Shown: positions 42,889-55,157 of the stretch, piece after piece
Position numbering within the stretch: the stretch's first letter is position 1
How the letters are laid out: the number at the start of each line of letters is the position of its first letter
Made by a program: the position numbers and the translations under genes
Assembly (NCBI RefSeq): GCF_988242995.1
Contig: NZ_OZ547043.1
DNA: 64,000 nt
Strand: one strand, 5' to 3'
The notes under the pieces: generated by a model
Databases searched by the model: none
What the model saw: only the letters and a program-made list of their open reading frames with translations
What the model was told of the DNA's origin: nothing

Positions 42889-43797
42889 GTGCGTATAGGT
42901 ATCGATTTAGGCGGCACCAAAACTGAAGTGATTGCACTGGGCGATGCAGGGGAGCAGTTGTACCGCCATCGTCTGCCCACGCCGCGTGATGATTACCGCC
43001 AGACCATTGAAACGATCGCCACGCTGGTTGATATGGCGGAGCAGGCGACAGGGCAGCGCGGAACAGTGGGGATGGGCATTCCTGGCTCAATTTCGCCTTA
43101 CACCGGTGTGGTGAAGAATGCCAATTCAACCTGGCTCAACGGTCAGCCATTCGATAAAGACTTAAGCGCGAGGTTGCAGCGGGAAGTGCGGCTGGCAAAT
43201 GACGCCAACTGTCTGGCGGTTTCAGAAGCAGTAGATGGCGCGGCAGCGGGAGCGCAGACGGTATTTGCCGTGATTATCGGCACGGGATGCGGCGCGGGCG
43301 TGGCATTCAATGGGCGGGCGCATATCGGCGGCAATGGCACGGCAGGTGAGTGGGGACACAATCCGCTACCGTGGATGGACGAAGACGAACTGCGTTATCG
43401 CGAGGAAGTCCCTTGTTATTGCGGTAAACAAGGTTGTATTGAAACCTTTATTTCGGGCACGGGATTCGCTACGGATTATCGTCGTTTGAGCGGACATGCG
43501 CTGAAAGGCAGTGAAATTATCCGCCTGGTTGAAGAAAGCGATCCGGTAGCGGAACTGGCATTGCGTCGCTACGAGCTGCGGCTGGCAAAATCGCTGGCAC
43601 ATGTCGTGAATATTCTCGATCCGGATGTGATTGTCCTGGGGGGCGGGATGAGCAATGTAGACCTTTTATATCAAACGGTTCCGCAGTTGATTAAACAATT
43701 TGTCTTCGGCGGCGAATGTGAAACGCCGGTGCGTAAGGCGAAGCACGGTGATTCCAGCGGCGTACGCGGCGCTGCGTGGTTATGGCCACAAGAGTAA
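42889..43797 (+). CDS. mak: fructokinase/manno(fructo)kinase Mak (ROK family)
   Basis: ORF 42751..43797; GTG at 42889 after aaggagag RBS gives [14 protein letters not shown]..., 302 aa; ROK Cys motif CYCGKQGC. Confidence 0.9.
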   Translation: MRIGIDLGGTKTEVIALGDAGEQLYRHRLPTPRDDYRQTIETIATLVDMAEQATGQRGTVGMGIPGSISPYTGVVKNANSTWLNGQPFDKDLSARLQREVRLANDANCLAVSEAVDGAAAGAQTVFAVIIGTGCGAGVAFNGRAHIGGNGTAGEWGHNPLPWMDEDELRYREEVPCYCGKQGCIETFISGTGFATDYRRLSGHALKGSEIIRLVEESDPVAELALRRYELRLAKSLAHVVNILDPDVIVLGGGMSNVDLLYQTVPQLIKQFVFGGECETPVRKAKHGDSSGVRGAAWLWPQE

Positions 43798-43822
43798 AAA
43801 ACGTAGGCAATTGGTGCATCAT

Positions 43823-43912
43823 GCCTGATGCGACGCTTGCCGCGTCTTATCAGGCCTGCAAAATGTGCCAGAACCGCGTAGGGCGGATAAGGCGTTCACG
43901 CCGCATCCGGCA
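43823..43912. repeat. pair of REP elements in the mak-araJ intergenic region
   Basis: gcctgatgcgacgcttgccgcgtcttatcaggcctgc and gtagggcggataaggcgttcacgccgcatccggca; includes atcaggcctgc at 43849..43859. Confidence 0.75.
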
Positions 43913-43939
43913 ATAAGCAACGTGCTCCGTGACTGCAAT

Positions 43940-45124
43940 CTACCCCACTGGTTTCGCCAGCACCGGACTATCCGCCGCTTGCTGGCGCTTATAGCGACCA
44001 TACAGCAGCAACGACGACATCGCAGCAAACGAAAGCAGGGCGGCAGGTAGCGCCACGTAATTATATGCCAGCCCCAGCGTCAGCATCATACCACCGCAAT
44101 ATGCGCCGACGGCGCTACCGAGGTTAAACGCTATTTGCCCACCTGCGGCACCTAATAACTCTCCGCCTTTGGCATTTTGCAGTAACAATATTTGCAGTGG
44201 TGCTGAAAGGGCAAATAATCCCGCGCAACAAATAAATGCAAAAATAAGCGACGTTGTTTTCATGCCGCCGAAGAAAAAGAGCATCAGCAGTGCCAGCACA
44301 ATAATAAAGTCAGTTACTGCCGCAATGCGCAGTGGTGAATAACGTCCTGAAATCCGGCCACTTAGCACATTCCCCAGCACCATCCCTAGCCCAACTAACA
44401 TCATAATAAAAGTCATCGCCGTTTCCGAAAAACCGGAAATAAACATCATGTATGGCTTTACGTAGCTGAACCAGGCAAATACACCTGCGTTGCCAAACAT
44501 GGTGGCGGCGAAAATTAACCACGGGGCCGGGCTGCGCAAAAAGTGAAATTGTTCGCGTAGCTTCCCTTTCGCCTCGTCGCGAATATCCGGCACCCAAAAA
44601 TAGACCGATGCCATCACCGCAATATTAAAAACAGCGATCAATAAAAAGGTGTAACGCCAGCTAAATTCCTGACTTAAATACGTTCCCAGCGGAATGCCCA
44701 GCAAATTGGCGACTGTCATCCCGGAAACCATCCCCGCCACGGCGGCGGTGACTTTGCCGGGTTTGATAATTTTTGATAACACGATCGCGCCGACGCCAAA
44801 AAATGCGCCATGCGGAAAGCCGGAAACCAGCCGACTAATGGCGAGCATCAGGTAAGACGAAGAGAGCGTGAACATGGCGTTGCCAATGACGCACAACGCC
44901 ACCAGAAACAACAAGATATGTTTGAGCGAGTAGCGACTGGAAAAGAGGGCGATGATTGGCGCACCGACCACCACCCCCAGCGCATAATACGAGATCATAT
45001 GCCCGGCAGCAGGAATCGAAATTCCTACGTTATGCGCCAGCTCCGTGAGCACGCCCATAATGCCAAATTCGGCCATCCCCAAACCAAACGTGCCCAGAGC
45101 CAAAGATAAAATGACTTTTTTCAT
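43940..45124 (-). CDS. araJ: MFS transporter AraJ
   Basis: ORF 43940..45208; ATG at 45124 gives MKKVILSLALGTFGLGMAEF..., 394 aa, 12 TM. Confidence 0.9.
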   Translation of the reverse strand: MKKVILSLALGTFGLGMAEFGIMGVLTELAHNVGISIPAAGHMISYYALGVVVGAPIIALFSSRYSLKHILLFLVALCVIGNAMFTLSSSYLMLAISRLVSGFPHGAFFGVGAIVLSKIIKPGKVTAAVAGMVSGMTVANLLGIPLGTYLSQEFSWRYTFLLIAVFNIAVMASVYFWVPDIRDEAKGKLREQFHFLRSPAPWLIFAATMFGNAGVFAWFSYVKPYMMFISGFSETAMTFIMMLVGLGMVLGNVLSGRISGRYSPLRIAAVTDFIIVLALLMLFFFGGMKTTSLIFAFICCAGLFALSAPLQILLLQNAKGGELLGAAGGQIAFNLGSAVGAYCGGMMLTLGLAYNYVALPAALLSFAAMSSLLLYGRYKRQQAADSPVLAKPVG

Positions 45125-45249
45125 ACCACCATCACAACCACCAGAACGGCTACCAATCACCGTAGCCAATAAAGTGATAGCTTGCAGGATAACGACCAGC
45201 AAGGCCAAGAGATAATTCGCCCCTCTGTATTCATTATCCTGCTGAATAG

Positions 45250-48200
45250 TTATTTCACTGCAAACGTACTTTCCAGTTTGCTGTAGCCCAGGCCGTTGAT
45301 CTTTTTCACTTTGATCTGCACCGGAATACGCTCTTTCATCGCTTCTACGTGGCTAATCACACCAATGGTTTTGCCACTGGCGTTCAGGGCATCCAGCGCA
45401 TCAAGGGCGGTATCCAGCGTTTCGCTATCCAGCGTGCCAAAACCTTCATCAAGAAACAGCGAGTCAATACGCGTTTTATGGCTGACCAGATCTGAAAGCG
45501 CCAGTGCCAGCGCCAGACTGACGAGGAAACTCTCGCCACCGGAAAGGGTACGGGTATCGCGTACCGCATCTGCCTGCCAGGTATCAACAACCTCGACTTC
45601 CAGCGCCTCGCTGGCTTTGCGCTGTAACAGATAGCGCCCGTGCAGCCGGGTAAGTTGCTGATTAGCGAGATGGACTAAATTATCCAGCGTCAGTCCTTGG
45701 GCAAACTTGCGGAATTTATCGCCCTCTTTGGAACCTATTAGCGAATTCAGATATCCCCAGTCCTCAACCTGCTGCGTCATTTGAGCAATTTGCTGCATTA
45801 AGGTTTGTTGTTGCTGACGGTTGTCTGCATCCTGCTTCAGCTGCTGGCGAATTTCCCCCTGGCGAGTGGTGTTTTCACGCAACTTTTGCTGAGTTTGCGC
45901 TAACGCTTGCTGAATCTGTTCCACCGTCACCGTGAGATCCAGCCCGCCAGGTCGGTGTTGCTGATGCTGTGCCAGCGTTTCAGCTGTCTGAATGACCAAC
46001 ACTTGCGCCTGACGACGCTGGTTTTCCAGATTCTGTTTCAGCTGTTCCAGCTGCGTTAGCGTCTGCTCATCCATTAACGCCGCAAGAAATGCCTGCTGAT
46101 CGTCAAAAATGCTGTCCTGTAGCGCGGTGTCAAACTGCGCCTGGGCTTTTTGCAGACTTTGCGCCGCCAGAACGTCCTGTTGCTGTAACGTCTGCTGCTG
46201 GCTGTGTAATGCGAGACATTGTTCATGAACCTGCCGCCAGTTTTCCAGCACCACAGTTTCTTCGCTGTGCGGGAGTTCATCACTTTGCGGCAACGTTTCC
46301 AGAATCGGCGTCAGTTGCTGAATACGGTTTTGCAGCGCGGTTAATTCGTTCTGGCGATGCTGCCAGCTCTGCGCTTCTTGCTGACGCGTCGCCAACCAGC
46401 TCTCTTCTTCATCTTCCTGTGGCAATGTCAGTGCATAACCCGCCAATGCCGTTAAGAGCTGCTGCTGGCGTTGTTCAATTTGCTGTTGATACTGGATAAT
46501 TTGCTGATTATGCGCGGCAATCTGCCCTTGTAATTCATGCCGTTGGCTGAGTAACCGCAGCTGGCGTTCGTGCTCATCTTGTGCATCCAGCCACGGTTGA
46601 ATATCGTCCTGTGGCTGCAAGGTGATATTGAGGCTGGCCGTGACGGCTTGCCATTGTTGAGTAAGTGCTTGCTCATCTTGTCGGAGGCTTTGCGCTTCGT
46701 TTTCATCGCGCTGAAGCTGCTTCGTTAATGCATCCAGTTGCCCACGTAGCGCCGCACCTTCTTCGCCGAGCTTTTTCACTTCTTTTTCCAGCGTTAATAG
46801 CCGGGCCTGATTAACGCCCGGTTCCAGCGCCTGATACGCCTCGACCGTCGGGTGGCTGGTGGAACCACAAAGTGGACAAGGCTGACCCGCCTGTAACTGC
46901 GCGCGCTGGGCTTCCAGCGTTTTGATGCGCGCTTCCTGCTCGCAAATGGTTTTGACATCGGCAAGTTGTTGCGTTTTTTCTTTATAACGCTGACGCATTT
47001 CGTTAAGTGCGGCGTTACGTTGCGTCTGTTCTTGCGTGATATTCTGGATAGCGACCTGTAATTGCGCCAGACGTTTTTGTTGGGGGACAATCTGCCCATG
47101 CAGCGCGACCAGGCGCTGTCGCAGTGGGCGTTGCTCAGCATGTTGCGCCAGGGCGCTAGCAACTTCATCGGCGGTTAACGTCAACGTGATCGCCGCAAGC
47201 GCATTAAGTTTTTGCTCTGCATGGGTTAACTGTTGCTGCCATTGCCGCAGATGTTCGCGATCGCTGGTTTGTTGGGAGAACTGCGCACGCCAACCCGCCA
47301 GTTCGTTGTTCCACTGACGGAAGCGGTCGTGTTCCTGTAGCCAGGCATTCAGGCTTTGTTGCTGCTGCTGTAATTCTGCTGACTGCTTCGCCGCGTGGTG
47401 GCGAATGCTCGCGCGAAGCGCCATTGTGCTCTGTAAGCGAGTATTTACTTCTTCAATCTGCTGGCGAGTATGCGCCAGCGCCGCGCTGTGTTCTGCGATG
47501 CGTTCCCAGTGCGGACGAAGATTTCGTGCCGGTTGTGCCAGACTGAGCGCCGCCAGTTGAGGTTGCGCTTTTTCTTCTACGGCTAACGCCTGTTGCAAGG
47601 CCTGTTGACGGCGGCTGGCTTCTTGCTGCAATTCGTCCAGACGCGTTAACCAGTTTAGTGATTGTTGTTCTTGCTGCTGCGCGGTAAGTAACTGTTTTTC
47701 TTCGTCAGTAAGTACCTGCAAACTCGTTGTCAGCGATTGCACTTGTTCTGGCGTGAGCAACGCGACGCCGCTGGCCTGCGCTTGCAGCTTCTCCAGCTCT
47801 GTGCGGGCTGATTTGTGCTGCTCAAAAACCATCGCCGAGATTTGCCCGTAGATTTCAGTGCCAGTTAACTCCTCGAGCAATTCCGCGCGTTCTTTGGGTT
47901 TGGCATTCAGGAAGGCAGCAAATTGCCCCTGCGAAAGCAGCATCGAACGGGTGAAGCGCCCGTAATCCAGTCCGGTTAACGTCGCCGTCAGTTCCAGCTT
48001 ATCTTTCACTTTGTCGGCGAGAATTTTGCCGTCGGCGCAGCGCGCCAGCTCTACGCGTGGCACCTGCAAATTACCGTCGGGCTGGTTACGCGCCCGATTC
48101 TGGCTCCAGAACGCGCGATACGCTTCACCTTTCACTTCAAACTCCACCTCCGCCAGACATTCGGCGGTATCGCGGGTCATGAGATCATTTTGCGATTGTG

Positions 48201-48393
48201 AAACGTTAGAAAGGCGCGGAGTTTCGTGATACAGCGCCAGACAAATGGCGTCCAGCAGGGTGGTTTTCCCCGCACCGGTTGGGCCGGTAATGGCAAACAG
48301 CCCGTTGCTGGCGAACGGCTCGCGGGTGAAATCAATCTTCCATTCGCCTTTTAATGAGTTCAGGTTTTTCAGGCGCAGGCTGAGAATTTTCAT
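45250..48393 (-). CDS. sbcC: SbcC exonuclease subunit (SMC-like ATPase, Rad50 homologue)
   Basis: 1047-aa ORF; N-terminal Walker [10 protein letters not shown], long Q/L-rich coiled coils with CPLCGS zinc hook, C-terminal LSGGE signature. Confidence 0.94.
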   Translation of the reverse strand: MKILSLRLKNLNSLKGEWKIDFTREPFASNGLFAITGPTGAGKTTLLDAICLALYHETPRLSNVSQSQNDLMTRDTAECLAEVEFEVKGEAYRAFWSQNRARNQPDGNLQVPRVELARCADGKILADKVKDKLELTATLTGLDYGRFTRSMLLSQGQFAAFLNAKPKERAELLEELTGTEIYGQISAMVFEQHKSARTELEKLQAQASGVALLTPEQVQSLTTSLQVLTDEEKQLLTAQQQEQQSLNWLTRLDELQQEASRRQQALQQALAVEEKAQPQLAALSLAQPARNLRPHWERIAEHSAALAHTRQQIEEVNTRLQSTMALRASIRHHAAKQSAELQQQQQSLNAWLQEHDRFRQWNNELAGWRAQFSQQTSDREHLRQWQQQLTHAEQKLNALAAITLTLTADEVASALAQHAEQRPLRQRLVALHGQIVPQQKRLAQLQVAIQNITQEQTQRNAALNEMRQRYKEKTQQLADVKTICEQEARIKTLEAQRAQLQAGQPCPLCGSTSHPTVEAYQALEPGVNQARLLTLEKEVKKLGEEGAALRGQLDALTKQLQRDENEAQSLRQDEQALTQQWQAVTASLNITLQPQDDIQPWLDAQDEHERQLRLLSQRHELQGQIAAHNQQIIQYQQQIEQRQQQLLTALAGYALTLPQEDEEESWLATRQQEAQSWQHRQNELTALQNRIQQLTPILETLPQSDELPHSEETVVLENWRQVHEQCLALHSQQQTLQQQDVLAAQSLQKAQAQFDTALQDSIFDDQQAFLAALMDEQTLTQLEQLKQNLENQRRQAQVLVIQTAETLAQHQQHRPGGLDLTVTVEQIQQALAQTQQKLRENTTRQGEIRQQLKQDADNRQQQQTLMQQIAQMTQQVEDWGYLNSLIGSKEGDKFRKFAQGLTLDNLVHLANQQLTRLHGRYLLQRKASEALEVEVVDTWQADAVRDTRTLSGGESFLVSLALALALSDLVSHKTRIDSLFLDEGFGTLDSETLDTALDALDALNASGKTIGVISHVEAMKERIPVQIKVKKINGLGYSKLESTFAVK

Positions 48394-49592
48394 GCTTCGT
48401 GTTCTCCTGCGAGGGTATGCAATGTCGTGGCGAAAAGATGCTGCAGACGTTGCTGCTGCGATTCATCCAGTTCTTCCAGTGCCAGACGGCGATTGAACAC
48501 CTCTTCGACGCTGAGTTCGCTGAGGGTTTCACGCTGTTGGCTGGCTAACACTCGCTCGCGCTGTTCACGACTCCGGCGTACCAGCAATACTTCGACAGGT
48601 AATGATTCGGTTAATGCCTGGATTTTGCGCTGAATATCATGCAGATACTCATCAGTAGTGATTTCGATATCCAGCCAGACAGGTGGCTCCTGTGATACAT
48701 CGCGCCACTGTTCCAGCTGTTCGGTAATCGACGCCAGATCGCCTTTCAGCACCGCCATGGGTTGCGTTACCGGTACGTTCAGGTTTTCCACGCTCTCTAA
48801 TTTGCCGTTTGAAAATGTCACCAGATGGACATATTTACTCTTACCGCATTCATCAAAACTCAGTGGAATGGGGGAGCCGCAATAGCGAACATGTTCCATG
48901 CCGCCAATAATCTGCGCGCGGTGAATATGCCCGAGCGCGATGTAGTCGGCTGGCGGAAAGTTTTGTGCCGGAAACGCGTCCAGCGTGCCAATATAGATGT
49001 CACGCACGGCATCACTTTTACTGGCACCCACGGTCGTTAAATGTCCCGTGGCGATGATGGGCAGAGGCTGATCGCCGCGCAGTTTGCAGGCATCGGCATA
49101 ATGTTGTTGATAATAATCAGTAATAGCCGCCAGCAAATGCTGCTGTTTTTCAATACCGTTAAGCCCCGCCTGGCTGGTAATAATGTCACGCGGACGTAAA
49201 AACGGAATAGGGCACAGCACTGCGCCTGGCGTCCCGTCGCGACGAGGCAAGATTTGCGGCGCATGTCCGGCGCTGGCGACCACGGTCGTATTGAGGAACG
49301 CCATGATATCGCGCGATTCATTCAGCGTGGCGACCGAGTCATGGTTTCCTGCCAGTACCACCAGATGACAGCCAGTTTGCTGTAAATTGACAACAAAACG
49401 GTTGTATAACGTGCGGGCGTAACTGGGCGGCGAGCCGGTATCGAAAACATCACCGGCAACAATAATCGCATCCACCTGATGGGTTTGTGCTGTCTCCAGC
49501 AGCCAGTCAAGAAAAGCCTGATGTTCAGCTTCGCGGCTTTTACTGTAGAAGTTCTGGCCGAGATGCCAGTCTGAGGTGTGAAGGATGCGCAT
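48390..49592 (-). CDS. sbcD: SbcD nuclease subunit (Mre11 homologue)
   Basis: ORF 48390..49634; ATG at 49592 gives [12 protein letters not shown]... (phosphoesterase motif), 400 aa; stop overlaps sbcC start. Confidence 0.93.
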   Translation of the reverse strand: MRILHTSDWHLGQNFYSKSREAEHQAFLDWLLETAQTHQVDAIIVAGDVFDTGSPPSYARTLYNRFVVNLQQTGCHLVVLAGNHDSVATLNESRDIMAFLNTTVVASAGHAPQILPRRDGTPGAVLCPIPFLRPRDIITSQAGLNGIEKQQHLLAAITDYYQQHYADACKLRGDQPLPIIATGHLTTVGASKSDAVRDIYIGTLDAFPAQNFPPADYIALGHIHRAQIIGGMEHVRYCGSPIPLSFDECGKSKYVHLVTFSNGKLESVENLNVPVTQPMAVLKGDLASITEQLEQWRDVSQEPPVWLDIEITTDEYLHDIQRKIQALTESLPVEVLLVRRSREQRERVLASQQRETLSELSVEEVFNRRLALEELDESQQQRLQHLFATTLHTLAGEHEA

Positions 49593-49701
49593 AACGGTTC
49601 CCTGGCGAAAAAGCATGGGCGCGATTATACCCAAACAGATGTGCCATTTGCTTTTTTCTGCGCCACGGAAATCAATAACCTGAAGATATGTGCGACGAGC
49701 T

Positions 49702-49740
49702 TTTCATAAATCTGTCATAAATCTGACGCATAATGACGTC
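49702..49740 (+). promoter_or_regulatory. Pho boxes of the phoBR promoter
   Basis: tttcataaatctgtcataaatctgacgcataatgacgtc, repeated (C)TGTCATAAA units ~45 nt upstream of phoB ATG. Confidence 0.8.
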
Positions 49741-49781
49741 GCATTAATGATCGCAACCTATTTATTACAACAGGGCAAATC

Positions 49782-50471
49782 ATGGCGAGACGTATTCTGG
49801 TCGTAGAAGATGAAGCTCCAATTCGCGAAATGGTCTGCTTCGTGCTCGAACAAAATGGCTTTCAGCCGGTCGAAGCGGAAGATTATGACAGTGCTGTGAA
49901 TCAACTGAATGAACCCTGGCCGGATTTAATTCTCCTTGACTGGATGTTACCTGGCGGCTCCGGTATCCAGTTCATCAAACACCTCAAGCGCGAGTCGATG
50001 ACCCGGGATATTCCAGTGGTGATGTTGACCGCCAGAGGGGAAGAAGAAGATCGCGTGCGCGGCCTTGAAACCGGCGCGGATGACTATATCACCAAGCCGT
50101 TTTCGCCGAAGGAGCTGGTGGCGCGAATCAAAGCGGTAATGCGCCGTATTTCGCCAATGGCGGTGGAAGAGGTGATCGAGATGCAGGGGCTAAGCCTCGA
50201 CCCGACATCTCACCGGGTGATGGCGGGCGAAGAGCCACTGGAGATGGGGCCGACAGAATTTAAACTGCTGCACTTTTTTATGACGCATCCTGAGCGCGTG
50301 TACAGCCGCGAGCAGCTGTTAAACCACGTCTGGGGAACCAACGTGTATGTGGAAGACCGCACGGTCGATGTCCACATTCGTCGCCTGCGTAAAGCACTGG
50401 AGCCCGGCGGGCATGACCGCATGGTGCAGACCGTGCGCGGTACAGGATATCGTTTTTCAACCCGCTTTTAA
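49782..50471 (+). CDS. phoB: phosphate regulon response regulator PhoB
   Basis: 229-aa [21 protein letters not shown]... (receiver domain) with winged-helix C-terminus. Confidence 0.95.
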
Positions 50472-50528
50472 CGCCTTGCTCATCGGACGCAGAGCAGGGC
50501 TTATGATTTCTTAACTGGAGTATCTTAC

Positions 50529-51824
50529 GTGCTGGAACGGCTGTCGTGGAAAAGGCTGGTGCTGGAGCTGCTACTTTGCTGCCTCCCGGCTTTCATCCTG
50601 GGTGCATTTTTTGGTTACCTGCCCTGGTTTTTGCTGGCATCGGTAACGGGACTGCTTATCTGGCATTTCTGGAATTTGTTGCGCCTTTCATGGTGGCTGT
50701 GGGTGGATCGTAGTATGACCCCGCCACCGGGACGTGGTAGCTGGGAACCGCTGCTATACGGATTACACCAGATGCAGTTGCGAAATAAAAAACGCCGCCG
50801 CGAACTGGGCAATCTGATTAAACGCTTTCGTAGCGGCGCGGAGTCGCTGCCCGACGCGGTGGTGCTGACCACGGAAGAGGGCGGTATTTTCTGGTGCAAC
50901 GGTCTGGCGCAACAGATTCTTGGCTTGCGCTGGCCGGAAGATAACGGGCAGAACATCCTTAACTTGCTGCGTTACCCGGAGTTTACGCAATATCTGAAAA
51001 CGCGTGATTTTTCTCGCCCGCTTAATCTGGTGCTCAACACCGGGCGGCATCTGGAAATTCGCGTCATGCCTTATACCCACAAACAGTTGCTGATGGTGGC
51101 GCGTGATGTCACGCAAATGCATCAACTGGAAGGGGCGCGGCGCAACTTTTTCGCCAACGTAAGCCATGAGTTACGCACGCCATTGACCGTGTTACAGGGT
51201 TACCTGGAGATGATGGATGAGCAGCCGCTGGAAGGCGCGGTACGCGAAAAAGCGTTGCACACCATGCGCGAGCAGACCCAGCGGATGGAAGGGTTGGTGA
51301 AGCAGTTGCTGACACTGTCGAAAATAGAAGCCGCACCGACGCATTTGCTCAATGAAAAGGTTGATGTGCCAATGATGCTGCGCGTTGTTGAGCGCGAGGC
51401 TCAGACTCTGAGTCAGAAAAAACAGACATTTACCTTTGAGATAGATAACGGCCTCAAGGTGTCTGGCAACGAAGATCAGCTACGCAGTGCGATTTCGAAC
51501 CTGGTCTATAACGCCGTAAATCATACGCCGGAAGGCACGCATATCACCGTACGCTGGCAGCGAGTGCCGCACGGTGCCGAATTTAGCGTTGAAGATAACG
51601 GACCGGGCATTGCACCGGAGCATATTCCGCGCCTGACCGAGCGTTTTTATCGCGTTGATAAAGCGCGTTCCCGGCAAACCGGCGGTAGCGGATTAGGGTT
51701 AGCGATCGTGAAACATGCGGTGAATCATCACGAAAGTCGCCTGAATATTGAGAGTACAGTAGGAAAAGGAACACGTTTCAGTTTTGTTATCCCGGAACGT
51801 TTAATTGCCAAAAACAGCGATTAA
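50529..51824 (+). CDS. phoR: phosphate regulon sensor histidine kinase PhoR
   Basis: 431-aa ORF with GTG start; H-box [13 protein letters not shown] and G-box [10 protein letters not shown]. Confidence 0.94.
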   Translation: MLERLSWKRLVLELLLCCLPAFILGAFFGYLPWFLLASVTGLLIWHFWNLLRLSWWLWVDRSMTPPPGRGSWEPLLYGLHQMQLRNKKRRRELGNLIKRFRSGAESLPDAVVLTTEEGGIFWCNGLAQQILGLRWPEDNGQNILNLLRYPEFTQYLKTRDFSRPLNLVLNTGRHLEIRVMPYTHKQLLMVARDVTQMHQLEGARRNFFANVSHELRTPLTVLQGYLEMMDEQPLEGAVREKALHTMREQTQRMEGLVKQLLTLSKIEAAPTHLLNEKVDVPMMLRVVEREAQTLSQKKQTFTFEIDNGLKVSGNEDQLRSAISNLVYNAVNHTPEGTHITVRWQRVPHGAEFSVEDNGPGIAPEHIPRLTERFYRVDKARSRQTGGSGLGLAIVKHAVNHHESRLNIESTVGKGTRFSFVIPERLIAKNSD

Positions 51825-51851
51825 TCCGCCTTTGTCATCTTTTATTGCCAT

Positions 51852-51879
51852 AAGCCAGCCGATGCTGGCTTATTTTCTT
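51852..51879 (+). terminator. rho-independent terminator after phoR
   Basis: aagccagc-cgat-gctggctt followed by attttcttt. Confidence 0.7.
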
Positions 51880-52230
51880 TGCAGTCAAAATACGGGTGTT
51901 AGATTTTACAACGGTTGGTGATTTTTTGTTCGCATGATTAGCCATGTCTTTTTCACGGAAATAGTGTTTTATACTGGTTGGTGATTTCTTATCGCTATAT
52001 ACCTCTGGTTTTTAGATCCCTTCTTGCTTTAAAACGTTATAAGCGTTTAAATTGCGCTTCAGGTGCTGTCATACTGACTGCATTCACGCGGTAAATCGAA
52101 AAACTATTCTTCGCCGCGCCTGGTTGGGAGTATTTCCCGCTAAAATTGTTTAAATATACCGCTGTATCATCCCCAGGGATTGGCACAAAAATTTAACGTT
52201 ACAACACCACATCCACAGGCAGTATGATTT

Positions 52231-53550
52231 ATGACCCATCAATTAAGATCGCGCGATATCATCGCTCTGGGCTTTATGACATTTGCGTTGTTCGTCGGCG
52301 CAGGTAACATTATTTTCCCTCCAATGGTCGGCTTACAGGCAGGCGAACACGTCTGGACTGCGGCATTCGGCTTCCTCATTACTGCCGTTGGCCTGCCGGT
52401 ATTAACGGTAGTGGCGCTGGCAAAAGTTGGCGGCGGTGTTGACAGCCTCAGCACGCCAATCGGTAAAGTCGCTGGCGTACTGCTGGCAACGGTGTGTTAC
52501 CTGGCGGTGGGGCCGCTTTTCGCTACGCCGCGTACAGCTACCGTTTCTTTTGAAGTGGGCATTGCGCCGCTGACGGGTGATTCCGCACTGCCGCTGTTTA
52601 TCTACAGCCTGGTTTATTTCGCTATCGTTATTCTGGTTTCGCTCTATCCGGGCAAACTGCTGGATACCGTGGGCAACTTCCTTGCGCCGCTGAAAATTAT
52701 CGCGCTGGTCATCCTGTCTGTTGCCGCGATTGTCTGGCCGGCGGGTTCTATCAGCACGGCGACTGAGGCTTATCAAAACGCTGCGTTTTCTAACGGCTTC
52801 GTTAACGGCTATCTGACCATGGATACGCTGGGCGCAATGGTGTTTGGTATCGTTATTGTTAACGCGGCGCGTTCTCGTGGCGTTACCGAAGCGCGTCTGC
52901 TGACCCGTTATACCGTCTGGGCTGGCCTGATGGCGGGTGTTGGTCTGACTCTGCTGTACCTGGCGCTGTTCCGTCTGGGTTCAGACAGCGCGTCGCTGGT
53001 CGATCAGTCTGCAAACGGCGCTGCTATTCTGCATGCTTACGTTCAGCATACCTTTGGCGGCGGCGGTAGCTTCCTGCTGGCGGCGTTAATCTTCATCGCC
53101 TGCCTGGTCACGGCGGTTGGCCTGACCTGTGCTTGTGCAGAATTCTTCGCCCAGTACGTACCGCTCTCTTATCGTACGCTGGTGTTTATCCTCGGCGGCT
53201 TCTCGATGGTGGTGTCTAACCTCGGCTTGAGTCAGCTGATTCAGATCTCTGTACCGGTGCTGACCGCCATTTATCCGCCGTGTATCGCACTGGTTGTATT
53301 AAGTTTTACACGCTCATGGTGGCATAATTCGTCCCGCGTGATTGCTCCGCCGATGTTTATCAGCCTGCTTTTTGGTATTCTCGACGGGATCAAAGCATCT
53401 GCATTCAGCGATATCTTACCGTCCTGGGCGCAGCGTTTACCGCTGGCTGAACAAGGTCTGGCGTGGTTAATGCCAACAGTGGTGATGGTGGTTCTGGCCA
53501 TTATCTGGGATCGCGCGGCAGGTCGTCAGGTGACCTCCAGCGCTCACTAA
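52231..53550 (+). CDS. brnQ: branched-chain amino acid transporter BrnQ (LIVCS family)
   Basis: 439-aa multi-[36 protein letters not shown]... Confidence 0.93.
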   Translation: MTHQLRSRDIIALGFMTFALFVGAGNIIFPPMVGLQAGEHVWTAAFGFLITAVGLPVLTVVALAKVGGGVDSLSTPIGKVAGVLLATVCYLAVGPLFATPRTATVSFEVGIAPLTGDSALPLFIYSLVYFAIVILVSLYPGKLLDTVGNFLAPLKIIALVILSVAAIVWPAGSISTATEAYQNAAFSNGFVNGYLTMDTLGAMVFGIVIVNAARSRGVTEARLLTRYTVWAGLMAGVGLTLLYLALFRLGSDSASLVDQSANGAAILHAYVQHTFGGGGSFLLAALIFIACLVTAVGLTCACAEFFAQYVPLSYRTLVFILGGFSMVVSNLGLSQLIQISVPVLTAIYPPCIALVVLSFTRSWWHNSSRVIAPPMFISLLFGILDGIKASAFSDILPSWAQRLPLAEQGLAWLMPTVVMVVLAIIWDRAAGRQVTSSAH

Positions 53551-53571
53551 ATCACTGAACATTTGTTTTAA

Positions 53572-53602
53572 CCACGGGGCTGCGATGCCCCGTGGTTTTT
53601 TA
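53572..53602 (+). terminator. rho-independent terminator after brnQ
   Basis: ccacggggc-tgcgat-gccccgtgg followed by ttttttatt. Confidence 0.8.
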
Positions 53603-53625
53603 TTGTGTTGATGGGTTAGGAATTG

Positions 53626-54999
53626 ATGGAAAGTAAGAACAAGCTAAAGCGTGGGCTAAGTACCCGCCACATACGCTTTATGGCACTGGGTTCAGCAATT
53701 GGCACCGGGTTGTTTTACGGTTCGGCAGACGCCATCAAAATGGCCGGTCCGAGCGTGTTGTTGGCCTATATTATCGGTGGTGTCGCGGCGTATATCATTA
53801 TGCGCGCGCTGGGGGAAATGTCGGTACATAACCCGGCCGCCAGCTCTTTCTCGCGTTATGCGCAGGAAAACCTCGGCCCACTGGCTGGTTACATTACCGG
53901 CTGGACCTACTGCTTTGAAATCCTTATTGTCGCCATCGCCGATGTGACCGCTTTTGGTATCTATATGGGTGTCTGGTTCCCGACGGTGCCGCACTGGATT
54001 TGGGTACTGAGCGTGGTGCTGATCATTTGCGCCGTAAACCTGATGAGCGTGAAGGTATTCGGTGAGCTGGAGTTCTGGTTCTCGTTCTTTAAAGTCGCCA
54101 CCATCATCATCATGATTGTCGCCGGTTTCGGCATCATCATCTGGGGGATTGGCAACGGCGGGCAACCGACCGGTATTCATAACCTGTGGAGCAACGGCGG
54201 CTTCTTCAGTAACGGCTGGCTTGGTATGGTGATGTCGTTGCAAATGGTGATGTTTGCTTACGGTGGGATCGAAATTATCGGGATTACCGCCGGTGAAGCG
54301 AAAGATCCTGAGAAATCGATTCCGCGTGCGATTAACTCCGTGCCGATGCGTATTCTGGTGTTCTATGTTGGTACGCTGTTCGTCATTATGTCTATCTACC
54401 CGTGGAATCAGGTTGGCACTGCCGGTAGCCCGTTCGTACTGACGTTCCAGCATATGGGGATTACCTTTGCCGCCAGCATTCTTAACTTTGTTGTGCTGAC
54501 CGCTTCGCTGTCGGCAATTAACAGTGACGTATTTGGCGTAGGCCGTATGCTCCACGGTATGGCAGAGCAGGGCAGCGCGCCAAAAATTTTCAGCAAAACC
54601 TCGCGTCGTGGTATTCCGTGGGTCACGGTGCTGGTGATGACTACCGCGCTATTGTTTGCGGTATATCTGAACTACATCATGCCGGAAAACGTCTTCCTGG
54701 TGATCGCTTCGCTGGCGACCTTCGCCACGGTGTGGGTGTGGATTATGATCCTGCTGTCGCAAATCGCCTTCCGTCGCCGTTTACCGCCAGAAGAAGTTAA
54801 GGCGCTGAAATTTAAAGTACCGGGTGGGGTAGCAACCACCATCGGCGGTTTGATTTTCCTGCTCTTTATTATCGGGTTGATTGGTTATCACCCGGATACG
54901 CGTATCTCGCTGTATGTCGGTTTCGCGTGGATTGTTGTGCTGTTGATTGGCTGGATGTTTAAACGCCGCCACGATCGTCAGCTGGCTGAAAACCAGTAA
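53626..54999 (+). CDS. proY: proline-specific permease ProY (APC family)
   Basis: ORF 53623..54999 (TTG then ATG at 53626); [30 protein letters not shown]..., 457 aa. Confidence 0.92.
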   Translation: MESKNKLKRGLSTRHIRFMALGSAIGTGLFYGSADAIKMAGPSVLLAYIIGGVAAYIIMRALGEMSVHNPAASSFSRYAQENLGPLAGYITGWTYCFEILIVAIADVTAFGIYMGVWFPTVPHWIWVLSVVLIICAVNLMSVKVFGELEFWFSFFKVATIIIMIVAGFGIIIWGIGNGGQPTGIHNLWSNGGFFSNGWLGMVMSLQMVMFAYGGIEIIGITAGEAKDPEKSIPRAINSVPMRILVFYVGTLFVIMSIYPWNQVGTAGSPFVLTFQHMGITFAASILNFVVLTASLSAINSDVFGVGRMLHGMAEQGSAPKIFSKTSRRGIPWVTVLVMTTALLFAVYLNYIMPENVFLVIASLATFATVWVWIMILLSQIAFRRRLPPEEVKALKFKVPGGVATTIGGLIFLLFIIGLIGYHPDTRISLYVGFAWIVVLLIGWMFKRRHDRQLAENQ

Positions 55000-55157
55000 T
55001 ACTTGCGTTCTGTAAGCCGGTTCAGGAGGAAATCCTGATCCGGCTATTCCGAAAGTTATCCGCCCCCGCCCTCCTCCCCCAAATATCCTTCAGATGATGA
55101 GTGATCCTGCATTAGGCTATGGCAAGGTGATCAGATTTTCATCACAGGGGAATTATG

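Noticed and set aside
53692-54555. 287-aa minus-strand ORF antisense to proY
   Set aside because: Fully internal to the proY transporter gene; Arg/His/Asp-rich translation without a hydrophobic core or domain.
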